Shown here in pieces: positions 18,124 through 26,153 of a DNA stretch of 29,924 nt. The notes under the pieces were generated by a model that saw only the letters and a program-made list of their open reading frames with translations, did no database searches and was not told where the DNA came from. The DNA is taken from positions 1 through 29,924 of the IMG/VR virus record IMGVR_UViG_3300030372_003296, one strand, 5' to 3'. The stretch comes from a virus. Lineage: Duplodnaviria > Caudoviricetes. The translations under genes were made by a program, and so were the position numbers. Numbering within the stretch: the first letter of the stretch is position 1; each line of letters starts with the position of its first letter.

Positions 18124-19296
18124 TTAATAAATATGATATTCCCCTCTATTTGGGTTTTCTAAAATTGAACTTAAAATATATCTTGCAGCATCTATGGCGT
18201 GGTCTCCACTTGTAGGATTTGGCTTTTGTAAAGTGTTGCCTTGTTTATCTTGCATCCATATATAGCCTCCTAGTTCTTTTATTAGGTTCTTGCTTCTTCT
18301 TGTTACATATATCTTGTTTTGGTTAATTAGATTAATTCCATAAACTATACTATCCCTGCCTTTAGTAACTGGTAAAACCTTATGTCCGTATGTGTTAAGT
18401 TCTGCTATTGATTTAGGTTCTGCACTATCAGCATAAATATAATCATCAATATCATTGTTCTTTAAAAAATTACTAATGTCTCTGTTTAGCATTTGTTTTC
18501 TGTAAAGTATTTCATCAAAAACGTAAGCATCATCCCATTTATATAAAGCTATTAAAGATGAACTGTCTATACTATATCCAAAATCCATTCCATAACCAAG
18601 CAACCTTGCCTGTGTTGGTACTTGTTCTATCTCTTGCCAATCAGGAATACAAGCACCCTCTAAACTACCTAATTGTCCAAGACCATATACTTTCCACCAA
18701 TTAGCCCAATAAGTAGATATCTTTGATTTCTCTTTTGCTTTTTCTATTTCATCAACTATTGTTTTAGGAAGTATTTCGTTGTCTTTATAAGTTAAAGTAA
18801 TAAAGTCTGTGTCTTTTGAACCTATTAATTCTTTATCTACCCAAAAAGTTACACTTGGGTTGTAATCTAACCATATATCACCTGACGTTCTAATTGCTAA
18901 TTGATTATAAGATTCAAAATTAATATTATTACACTCGTTAATAAATAAATCAGTTCTTCTTGCTCCTCTTAATCTATCAGGTTGGTCTGTAGAAAAAAAT
19001 TCTATATAACTACCATTTGAAAATTCATACTTTAATGTAGAACGATTATATTTTTCTTCATTAAATCTTTGCATACCTTTTAATATATTTAAAAAGTCTT
19101 TTAAAGCACCTCTTCTTAAATGTGGAATAGATTCTGCAACAACACTAATTTCTTTTCCTTTGTTTCTTATAGCGTAGTCTATTAAAAGAACTAATATACA
19201 TATTGTCTTACCTGCAGAAGTTCCACCCCTGATAATTTTAATACGATTTTTTAAATTTTGTAATTTAGTTAAAGCAATAGTTTTTTTAACTAACAT
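18124..19296 (-). CDS. terL: Terminase large subunit (PBSX-like)
   Basis: Walker A IRGGTSAGKT, Walker B LFINE, LDYNP, nuclease GMDFGY and DHAIDAARY; ATG overlaps the terS stop (TGATG). Confidence 0.95.
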   Translation of the reverse strand: MLVKKTIALTKLQNLKNRIKIIRGGTSAGKTICILVLLIDYAIRNKGKEISVVAESIPHLRRGALKDFLNILKGMQRFNEEKYNRSTLKYEFSNGSYIEFFSTDQPDRLRGARRTDLFINECNNINFESYNQLAIRTSGDIWLDYNPSVTFWVDKELIGSKDTDFITLTYKDNEILPKTIVDEIEKAKEKSKISTYWANWWKVYGLGQLGSLEGACIPDWQEIEQVPTQARLLGYGMDFGYSIDSSSLIALYKWDDAYVFDEILYRKQMLNRDISNFLKNNDIDDYIYADSAEPKSIAELNTYGHKVLPVTKGRDSIVYGINLINQNKIYVTRRSKNLIKELGGYIWMQDKQGNTLQKPNPTSGDHAIDAARYILSSILENPNRGEYHIY

Positions 19297-19529
19297 CAAT
19301 CTATAAATAAAGGAACATCTTCACTATTTAATGAAATGTCTTTTGTTTCTTTTGGTTTACCTGCGTAATAATTATAAAATAACTGAACATATTTAAAGTC
19401 TCCATCCCTTACTCCTTTTTCTAATGCTTTAAGTGCAAACGGTTCTAAAGGTGTTAACTTTTCTATTAAGTTAATTTCTTCACTTTTTGATTTTCTACCT
19501 GAACCTTCTCTTTTACCTCCTCTTGCCAT
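19296..19529 (-). CDS. terS: Terminase small subunit (putative)
   Basis: 77 aa coupled to terL; RGGKREGSGRK N-terminus and GKPKE motif. Confidence 0.7.
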   Translation of the reverse strand: MARGGKREGSGRKSKSEEINLIEKLTPLEPFALKALEKGVRDGDFKYVQLFYNYYAGKPKETKDISLNSEDVPLFID

Positions 19530-19568
19530 TTTTTGAAAAAAATTGATTAATCAAACGGTTTTATTAAT

Positions 19569-19594
19569 ATACAATAACTTTATTATGCTTTTGT
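19569..19594 (-). promoter_or_regulatory. Putative late promoter ACAA-N15-ATTGTAT (terminase operon)
   Basis: Exact motif at the early/late boundary, about 40 nt upstream of terS. Confidence 0.75.
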
Positions 19595-19598
19595 TAAG

Positions 19599-20027
19599 CT
19601 ATATTTCTATTTTTTCTTTTTTACAAGCCCTTAATTTTTGCTCTGCTAATCTTAATTTAATAAGTGTTTCAGCAAATCTTTGTCTATAATATGTTTGGGG
19701 ATAGTTATGTCTTTGGCTTTTATGTAATTCTCTTTTGAGTATATTATTTATTTTGTTATAGTATTCTATGTATTTACCACCGTCTGCTTTATAGTTTTTT
19801 GCTCCAAGTAAAACCTCATCAAATAAATGTCTTATGCCGTGTAATACTGTTGCGTGATTTTTCTTTAGGGGTTTAGCTATTTCAGATAAAGTTAAACTTG
19901 TATGCATTCTAGCAAGTTTATAATATACTGCTCTTGAATATACATAATGACTTTCTCTTTTTTGTACTCTTATATCAATTCCTGATATTTGATTTACTAT
20001 TTCTATTATTGTGTTTAGTTCTTTCAT
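19599..20027 (-). CDS. DnaA C-terminal (domain IV)-like HTH protein
   Basis: R....VYSRAVYYKLARMHTSLTLSEIA....KNHATVLHG resembles the DnaA domain IV signature (SL..IG..F.RDHTTV.HA); start at MKELNT (ATGA overlap). Confidence 0.75.
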   Translation of the reverse strand: MKELNTIIEIVNQISGIDIRVQKRESHYVYSRAVYYKLARMHTSLTLSEIAKPLKKNHATVLHGIRHLFDEVLLGAKNYKADGGKYIEYYNKINNILKRELHKSQRHNYPQTYYRQRFAETLIKLRLAEQKLRACKKEKIEI

Positions 20028-20194
20028 TTTATTCCTTTTAGTTCGTTTACTGCTTTTAATATTCCTGCACAAGCTTCATACTTTTCTTGTTCTTCAAAAT
20101 ATTTTATTACTTTTTCTAAATCTTTTACTGGCAAACCTTCTTCAATATCTATCATTGCCATTTTATAATATCTTTCAACCTCATCCTTGTCCAT
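20024..20194 (-). CDS. Small helical protein (56 aa) with UVR-like EKYEACAGI motif
   Basis: Hand translation MDKDEVERYYKM...EEQEKYEACAGILKAVNELKGIK; ATGA-coupled to next gene. Confidence 0.6.
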   Translation of the reverse strand: MDKDEVERYYKMAMIDIEEGLPVKDLEKVIKYFEEQEKYEACAGILKAVNELKGIK

Positions 20195-20198
20195 TAAA

Positions 20199-20222
20199 CA
20201 AAGATAAAATTTTTATGTTAAT
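20199..20222 (-). promoter_or_regulatory. Host-type promoter ATTAACA-N9-TATCTTTG
   Basis: TAnnTTTG 4 nt upstream of ATG 20194. Confidence 0.6.
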
Positions 20223-20234
20223 TCATAAATTTTA

Positions 20235-21281
20235 TTATTTATAATGCCTACAAATATAATTTACCTGTAGCTTACTTAAATTAAACCACTCTCCTCTTGC
20301 TCTTTGTTCTTTATATTTTTCGTGTAAATATAATTCATAATCTTTGTTAAATGTTTTTATTAGTTTGATTGTTGGTTTTTCTGCTTGTAATGTTTTTTCT
20401 CTGTTTTTTGGATTATTAGATTTTCCTATCTTATATAATCCTGTGTTTTTATCTTTCATTATATAGCATTTTTGTTTTGGTTTTGGTTTTTTCTTATGAA
20501 AAAAATTACTTGAAAACGCTTGTAAATTATCTACACACTTTTTACTTTCTAAATATGATTTAAGTAATAAAATCGATTTTTCTAGACTATTTTTTTTAAC
20601 GTCAATAGATAATTCTTCTTTAAAAAAATCTATAATATTTTTAACGCTGTTATTCTGCCTACAACCATTAAAATTTCCTCCTATATTATTAAAATCAATA
20701 TTAAGAAAATCCATTATACTTATATAATAATATAAATTATTTTGCCAACCATACTTACTATATAAAATAGGAACCATAATATTATTTATTTTTTTATCTT
20801 TCGATTCATACTGATGTATAATATTTTCCTCAAAATGCCTGAAAGAATTTAAATCATATTTAGTTGAAAATATTTTTTTTATTTTATTATCAAAACAACC
20901 AAATTTAAAAAACATCATTAAAAAATCAATGTGTTCGTTTGTGCTTTCTTGGTATCTAAGTAATCCACGAAATTCTTTAAAAGTATATTTTTTTCCAATT
21001 AATTTAAATTCAAATTTATGTGCAAATGTATCAGCATCTTGAAAAGCATATTCATAAACATCAACATATTGTCCTTTTTTAATTGTTCTTTTATACTTTT
21101 CTCCATCTATAATTTTTATATCAAATATAGGTTCTTGCCATTTTTGATATTTTACAGGAGAAGTATTTTTAACCTTAATTTCATTTTTTTTATTAACATA
21201 AAAATCATTTTTTCCAAGAAAAATAGAATTTCTGTCTTTATAATCTTTTTCGGCTTGTTCTGTTAATTCTTTAAAATACAT
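20235..21281 (-). CDS. Protein with C-terminal GIY-YIG-superfamily (T5orf172/MUG113-like) domain
   Basis: CYIMKDKNTGLYKIGKSNNP..RE..LQ...E..LH..Y...R.RGEWF; N-terminal ~270 aa unrecognised; very AT-rich. Confidence 0.75.
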   Translation of the reverse strand: MYFKELTEQAEKDYKDRNSIFLGKNDFYVNKKNEIKVKNTSPVKYQKWQEPIFDIKIIDGEKYKRTIKKGQYVDVYEYAFQDADTFAHKFEFKLIGKKYTFKEFRGLLRYQESTNEHIDFLMMFFKFGCFDNKIKKIFSTKYDLNSFRHFEENIIHQYESKDKKINNIMVPILYSKYGWQNNLYYYISIMDFLNIDFNNIGGNFNGCRQNNSVKNIIDFFKEELSIDVKKNSLEKSILLLKSYLESKKCVDNLQAFSSNFFHKKKPKPKQKCYIMKDKNTGLYKIGKSNNPKNREKTLQAEKPTIKLIKTFNKDYELYLHEKYKEQRARGEWFNLSKLQVNYICRHYK

Positions 21282-21299
21282 ATATATAATATTAATTAA

Positions 21300-22067
21300 T
21301 TATAAAATTCCCCTCATTACATATTGGTCTAAATCATTTCCTTCTATAAAAAAGTGTTTATAAAGACCTACTGCTGTTTCAAATTTCTTTTTACCTCTTT
21401 CTATAAATTCTTCGCTTGTTTCATATATTGCTATGTCTGTGCTTAATTTATCTATAACTAAAAAGCTTACTCTTGAAGCATTAAATAAATTCATATAAAT
21501 ATATGCTTGTAAGTCATATCCATATTTATCTGCACTATATTTAAAAGTTTCTAATGAACTAGAGCTTTTTAAATCTATAATATGATTTTCTTTTAATATA
21601 TCTGCTTTTCCCCTGAAAGGTAAATTGTCTATCATTTTTATTTCAGGTACTTCAAATTCTGCTCCTTGTAATAATTCAAGTGCTGCTTCATTTCTTAATA
21701 TTGCATCAGATAATCTGTCTATCATTTTTTTATCTTTTTCCAATACAACATTTTCCATACCATATTTTTTTACTGCATCTTTATAAATATTTGTTCCAGT
21801 TGTAGATGCTTTTACAATATGTAGAGGTTCTAATTTATGCGGTTCTAATATTGCCCAATGAATAAGTTTACCAAGAATTAAAGCAGGTGTTTCTCTTTGA
21901 CCATACTTTAATATATTTCTATAAGTTTTTGGACTTTGTAAGATTTGTTTTAATGCACTACTGCTTAAAGCGTGTTGTCCTAAATGACCATAATAATAAG
22001 AATCATCATCCATTTTAGGAATTAATTCTTTTTTATTTAGATTTTCTCCGTTTAATAATGTAATCAT
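21300..22067 (-). CDS. PD-(D/E)XK exonuclease (exonuclease VIII/RecE-like)
   Basis: LSSSALK...SP, G...H..ILEP, FRGKADIL...IIDLKS, YGYDLQAYIY. Confidence 0.85.
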   Translation of the reverse strand: MITLLNGENLNKKELIPKMDDDSYYYGHLGQHALSSSALKQILQSPKTYRNILKYGQRETPALILGKLIHWAILEPHKLEPLHIVKASTTGTNIYKDAVKKYGMENVVLEKDKKMIDRLSDAILRNEAALELLQGAEFEVPEIKMIDNLPFRGKADILKENHIIDLKSSSSLETFKYSADKYGYDLQAYIYMNLFNASRVSFLVIDKLSTDIAIYETSEEFIERGKKKFETAVGLYKHFFIEGNDLDQYVMRGIL

Positions 22068-22171
22068 AATAAAGTATCCGTTTATTAAGGAGGCAACAGA
22101 TATAGTCGAGTACGCAAAGCGAACCCCCTTAAAGGTGGATTAGACCTCTTATATTCGCTTCACGTAATCAT
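22060..22171 (-). other. Structured intergenic element flanked by 8-bp direct repeats (ATGATTAC)
   Basis: 13-bp stem ACGTGAAGCGAAT/GTTCGCTTTGCGT (three G-U pairs), inner stem, alternative 9-bp pairing; more GC-rich than its flanks. Confidence 0.55.
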
Positions 22172-22320
22172 TAATTATATTTTTTAAATCCATATCTTGA
22201 TTCTAAAATTTGTTTGCATTTGTCTCTATGTTTTTTTGAGTAAACTTTACTATTAATTATTTTTCTTAAATAATCACTAGAATAAGTTTCAAGTAAAGTA
22301 TTAAATTCTTTTTTACTCAT
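22171..22320 (-). CDS. Small basic protein (49 aa, MSKKEFNTLL...)
   Basis: Hand translation; TGATG overlap with upstream gene. Confidence 0.5.
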   Translation of the reverse strand: MSKKEFNTLLETYSSDYLRKIINSKVYSKKHRDKCKQILESRYGFKKYN

Positions 22321-22658
22321 CATACTTCTAAATAAATATTTACTTCGTTTCTAACAAATTCATCTAAAGCAAAACGAGCAGCTTGCTGATAATCTTTAAA
22401 ACAACAAGTGCCATTTTTAAAAAAATTAAAGTTTCCTTCTTCTTCTAATATTTTAATAAATTTTTCACAATTAACCGTAGAAATACACATTATATCAATA
22501 GTTTCGTGTAAACAATTATCTACTGTTTCACGGTCTGGCTCGTTATATTCACCATTTTTAATTGCATAATTTATATCATCTCTTACATTATCAATTATGT
22601 AATCTTTTAATTCTTCTTTATTCTTAATGTTTTCTAAAGTAATCTGTTTTGTTTTCAT
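22320..22658 (-). CDS. Hypothetical protein (112 aa)
   Basis: ORF track; preceded by a promoter-like motif at 22680-22704. Confidence 0.6.
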   Translation of the reverse strand: MKTKQITLENIKNKEELKDYIIDNVRDDINYAIKNGEYNEPDRETVDNCLHETIDIMCISTVNCEKFIKILEEEGNFNFFKNGTCCFKDYQQAARFALDEFVRNEVNIYLEV

Positions 22659-22711
22659 ATCTGTTTTTTAAATTCAATATAAAGATATTAAAAATTTTGT
22701 TAATAAAAAAA

Positions 22712-22888
22712 TTACCAAGGAGTTATTTTATATCCAAAAGGATTAAAGATTAAATTTAATATCCAAAATATAAGTATATAAATAGGTATTTCAATTAAAA
22801 GTTGTAACCATAAAGGTTGCTTTAATTTCCACTGTCTAAATTTATTTTTACTTATTTTTTCTAAAAATTTATTATATAATTTTTTCAT
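22712..22888 (-). CDS. Small membrane protein
   Basis: Basic N-terminus plus hydrophobic helix; ATG start at MKKLYN. Confidence 0.5.
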   Translation of the reverse strand: MKKLYNKFLEKISKNKFRQWKLKQPLWLQLLIEIPIYILIFWILNLIFNPFGYKITPW

Positions 22889-22991
22889 CCCAACTGTTTT
22901 CAAAATAATATCCTTCTTCTACTGTTATAGTTGTGTACCAACCTCCTTTGATACACTCCTCAAAATAATCGTATTCTTCTTCTTTACTCAT
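22872..22991 (-). CDS. Acidic micro-protein (39 aa, MSKEEEYDYFEEC...)
   Basis: Hand translation; ATGA overlap with upstream stop. Confidence 0.4.
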   Translation of the reverse strand: MSKEEEYDYFEECIKGGWYTTITVEEGYYFENSWDEKII

Positions 22992-23302
22992 AGATTACTT
23001 AAGCTTTTAAGCTTTTTATTTTCTTTTTCTAGTTCTAATATACTTTCTTCACACTTTCTTGCTCTTTCAATAGCCCTGTTTTTATCTAATAAATGTTCGC
23101 TAATTATTTTAGGAAAAAATAAATCATTGTCATAGATACCGCTTACATATATTCCTATGCCATTTAAAGCCTCCATCATATCGTTGATTTGACTTGTTGG
23201 ATTCTTTTTATTTAATTCTAATAAATTCTTACCTAGTATTTCAAAGTTGTTTAGGTATTCTAGATGTTTTAAGTTGCTGATTTTTTTATTTATTGTATTC
23301 AT
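22988..23302 (-). CDS. Hypothetical coiled-coil protein (104 aa)
   Basis: ORF track; DKNRAIERARK motif. Confidence 0.65.
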   Translation of the reverse strand: MNTINKKISNLKHLEYLNNFEILGKNLLELNKKNPTSQINDMMEALNGIGIYVSGIYDNDLFFPKIISEHLLDKNRAIERARKCEESILELEKENKKLKSLSNL

Positions 23303-23313
23303 TTTTTTTTGTT

Positions 23314-23700
23314 TTAAAGTTGTATTGCATCATTTACATTTAGCATTGCAATTTCTTTTTCTATTTCATTGTTGTTGCTAAAATAAGTTGTTTTCCTTAA
23401 TTGCTTTTTTTGCCATATAGGAACAAAATTAAATAAATTCCAACTAAATATTCCTTTTGGTGTAGAATTTATATAAATAGGTGTGTCTAAATTATCATTA
23501 CATTTTTTAATTAATGCATCATATTTTATCTTTTCTATTATTAAATTATCATAATGTTGCTTTCTGCATTTTAATTCTATTCTATGCCTTTGAGATGGAG
23601 AATAACAATCCCACTTTGATAATTGTTTTCTTGCTTTTACCAAATCATAATAACAACAATCAACTAAATAATTAAACAAAGTTTCTTCAGTCCAATCCAT
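23314..23700 (-). CDS. Small PD-(D/E)XK-like nuclease-fold protein (128 aa from MDWTEE)
   Basis: WDC...IELKCR...IIEKIKYD pattern; ATG follows the upstream stop by 1 nt. Confidence 0.55.
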   Translation of the reverse strand: MDWTEETLFNYLVDCCYYDLVKARKQLSKWDCYSPSQRHRIELKCRKQHYDNLIIEKIKYDALIKKCNDNLDTPIYINSTPKGIFSWNLFNFVPIWQKKQLRKTTYFSNNNEIEKEIAMLNVNDAIQL

Positions 23701-23701
23701 A

Positions 23702-24115
23702 CTATTGGTATTGCTGATAAATTTGATACAACCTACTCCAAACTGTTGAAGCAAATGCGCAAGAATGACAATCAACTTTTGTTCTGAATATTCTTTCGTA
23801 AATAGCAATAAAGGGCTTTTGTTCTTCTCCTGTAAATACATTCTTTCTAGTTTCTACTGCCTGGTGTATTAAATTATATTCTTCTTCATTAAGGCATTCG
23901 GGTCTTTGGTAAGTAAATATCTTATTCATTTTATTTTGTCTTTCTTTACATCCACAATCTTCACCTGCTATAAATTTAGCTGCTTTACTTACTCCTGTTT
24001 TATCAAAAACTTTTTTTACTGTATCACCTAATCCTTTTGACTGGTTATCATATTTTGCTTTCCACTCTTTGTAAGCTTTAGTCCTTTTGTCTTTTGGTGG
24101 GTTTGATGCTTTCAT
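23702..24115 (-). CDS. Cys-containing hypothetical protein downstream of the sigma factor
   Basis: GLGDTV...DCGCKERQ...CL...CHSC. Confidence 0.65.
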   Translation of the reverse strand: MKASNPPKDKRTKAYKEWKAKYDNQSKGLGDTVKKVFDKTGVSKAAKFIAGEDCGCKERQNKMNKIFTYQRPECLNEEEYNLIHQAVETRKNVFTGEEQKPFIAIYERIFRTKVDCHSCAFASTVWSRLYQIYQQYQ

Positions 24116-24662
24116 AATTTTCTTTTTTTAAGTTGTTATAATCTTGTTCAAATATTTCTTTTAATTCTTGCTTACAATTTTTTATTGTATTAAATATAGA
24201 CACCCAACTAATTTTTGTTTCTTTAGCAATCTTGCGTATGCTCATATCTGTGTCTCTATAAAGTTTAAACAATTTAGCATCGTACCAATGCCAGTTATTT
24301 ATATGTTCGTCTATTAATGCTGTAAAATTTCCGTGTGCTATTTCTTTACTCATTTTATCAATTTCAGGTATTTGTACATCAACATCTTCATCATCTAGGC
24401 TAATTTTAGTAATTTTTCTTTTAGAATTGTAATATTGGAAATATAATGAACGTAAGGTAAAAAACATATATCCACGATTAACGACACCATCTTTAATAAG
24501 CTTTTCTTTACTAGCATATTTATATAATACTATATAAGCTTCCTGTACAATATCTTCTGCCATATCATATTCTCCGAAGCTGTTTATTATTTTAATCCAA
24601 GTCTTATGTTGCTTGGCTACCAATTCCAACCACTTTACTGGTTTGGTGCTATCTTGTCCCAT
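24078..24662 (-). CDS. Phage RNA polymerase sigma factor (ECF-like, regions 2 and 4)
   Basis: AEDIVQEAYIVL (region 2), YMFFTLRS, and region-4 HTH SIRKIAKETKISWVSIFNTIKNCK; 194 aa. Confidence 0.85.
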   Translation of the reverse strand: MGQDSTKPVKWLELVAKQHKTWIKIINSFGEYDMAEDIVQEAYIVLYKYASKEKLIKDGVVNRGYMFFTLRSLYFQYYNSKRKITKISLDDEDVDVQIPEIDKMSKEIAHGNFTALIDEHINNWHWYDAKLFKLYRDTDMSIRKIAKETKISWVSIFNTIKNCKQELKEIFEQDYNNLKKENYESIKPTKRQKD

Positions 24663-24883
24663 ACTACAGTCAAACTAACAATTCCAATTACGCATTGTAA
24701 AGTATATTCTTTAATAAACTTTTCTTGTTCTTTGCTGTAGTATATTTCGCTGTGGTATAAACTTCCGAACATAATACCCTTGATTGGAGATATTATTATC
24801 TCGGCTTCTGCTATTTGTCCAATAGCTGTTGTAATTAAAACACTCATAAAGAGTATTATAAAAAATAAGTCGATAAAATTCAA
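24635..24883 (-). CDS. Hypothetical protein (82 aa, hydrophobic N-terminus)
   Basis: ORF track; start uncertain. Confidence 0.5.
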   Translation of the reverse strand: MNFIDLFFIILFMSVLITTAIGQIAEAEIIISPIKGIMFGSLYHSEIYYSKEQEKFIKEYTLQCVIGIVSLTVVWDKIAPNQ

Positions 24884-24892
24884 AATCCTAAA

Positions 24893-25810
24893 TTAAAAAT
24901 TTAACAATTCTTTAACTTGTGATTTTTCTGTGTGTAGTATATTTTTTCCTAAAAACTCAAATCCGACATTATTTAATGCCATTCTTAACTTGATTGGTTC
25001 TTCGTATGGTGTGCATCTTCCTCCTGTTTCATTCTCCTTAACTTTTAAAACGTGAAGGTGACTAAACATCCATTCGCTTGGGTGGTTTGTGTAACGGTGA
25101 ATACATAATACATCATCTGCCCTGTTACTCCATTTACCACCTCCCTCTACGTCTCCAAGTCGTAAAGGTATGGTTAAATTTTCATAATCGTGTCCTTTTG
25201 GGTGTGTTCTTCTCATAGCCTCCGTAACTCCGTGAGCATTTAAGTAAACTGTTACGTTGCTTTTTTTAGCAAATAATCTAAACTCACTTGCTACCTGATA
25301 GTCGTATTCGTGGCTACCTACTGCTTTCATTAATTGATAATCTCTTGATAAACTATTGTAAGGGTCTATAAGAACAGCTTGATAATCCCAAGCTTCTTTT
25401 ATAGCTGTTATTTTTTTTAACAAAACTTTATAAGTTGTTAATTCTTCTACATCTAAAATCTTAAAATAAGTATTACACCAATCAATAGCTTTTTTAATTT
25501 TATCTTCACTGGCTGTGTGTATTGGTTCACCCATTTTAAATTCAATAATTTTTCTTACTAAACTTTCAGGGGTGTTTTCTGACGACCATATAACAAATTT
25601 CAACTTATGCTTCATAGCCCAAACAGTAAATAAAAAACACATTATTGTAGTCTTACCTACGTTGGCGTGTCCAATTACTAGATTAAAATTATTTTGTTTG
25701 TATCTAAAATAGTCATCTATTTCAGGTATATCCATCTTTAAACCTTCAGCAATTCTGCCGTGTTTAATGTCTAATATTTTTTCGTGAATTTTATTATAAT
25801 CTACTAACAT
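24893..25810 (-). CDS. Replicative helicase, SF4 (DnaB/T7 gp4-like) without primase domain
   Basis: Walker A GHANVGKT, SSEN, Walker B VLIDPYN, LNAH, GGKWSNRAD, KVK. Confidence 0.85.
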   Translation of the reverse strand: MLVDYNKIHEKILDIKHGRIAEGLKMDIPEIDDYFRYKQNNFNLVIGHANVGKTTIMCFLFTVWAMKHKLKFVIWSSENTPESLVRKIIEFKMGEPIHTASEDKIKKAIDWCNTYFKILDVEELTTYKVLLKKITAIKEAWDYQAVLIDPYNSLSRDYQLMKAVGSHEYDYQVASEFRLFAKKSNVTVYLNAHGVTEAMRRTHPKGHDYENLTIPLRLGDVEGGGKWSNRADDVLCIHRYTNHPSEWMFSHLHVLKVKENETGGRCTPYEEPIKLRMALNNVGFEFLGKNILHTEKSQVKELLNF

Positions 25811-25821
25811 CTGTTAAATAT

Positions 25822-25849
25822 AAAAAAAAAGAGGGAATTAATCCCTCTT
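25822..25849 (-). terminator. Rho-independent terminator
   Basis: AAGAGGGA-TTAAT-TCCCTCTT followed by a long T run. Confidence 0.8.
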
Positions 25850-26153
25850 AAAATGGTAAGTCATCATTATCTCTTGATGGGTTTTGGTCTTTACTGGTTA
25901 CATCAGCTTTTTCTGCCACTTCTATTTTAGTGTCTTTATTAATCCAACGAACCCCTGCCCATCCTAAATTTACTCTTTTAGCTTTAGCCTCTCTTTCTTC
26001 TTTTGTTTGGTTATGACTTATTGCTACATTGTTTCCAAATTGTGATTTATCTAATATGCTTAAATCTATTTGTAAGAATTTACCGTCTTTTATTTTTGAC
26101 TTGTCTATGTTTTCTAAATTTATATATCCTGATATTATTGCCGTTGCTGCCAT
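25848..26153 (-). CDS. Putative single-stranded DNA-binding protein
   Basis: Acidic C-terminal DNDDLPF tail; upstream of helicase. Confidence 0.6.
   Translation of the reverse strand: MAATAIISGYINLENIDKSKIKDGKFLQIDLSILDKSQFGNNVAISHNQTKEEREAKAKRVNLGWAGVRWINKDTKIEVAEKADVTSKDQNPSRDNDDLPF

Noticed and set aside
20181-20216. IKILSLFNGQG reading resembling a C5-methyltransferase N-terminus
   Set aside because: No in-frame start, stops at once, and the sequence is explained by the promoter motif and the next gene start
20011-21266. Plus-strand ORFs 20011-20244 and 21018-21266
   Set aside because: Phe/Leu/Ile-rich antisense artefacts of Lys/Glu-rich minus-strand genes
22068-22165. tRNA or known small ribozyme in the structured intergenic element
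   Set aside because: No cloverleaf or T-loop and no hammerhead core recognised; kept as an unclassified structure. An overlapping 14-codon ORF (MDLKNIINDYVKRI) is too short to support
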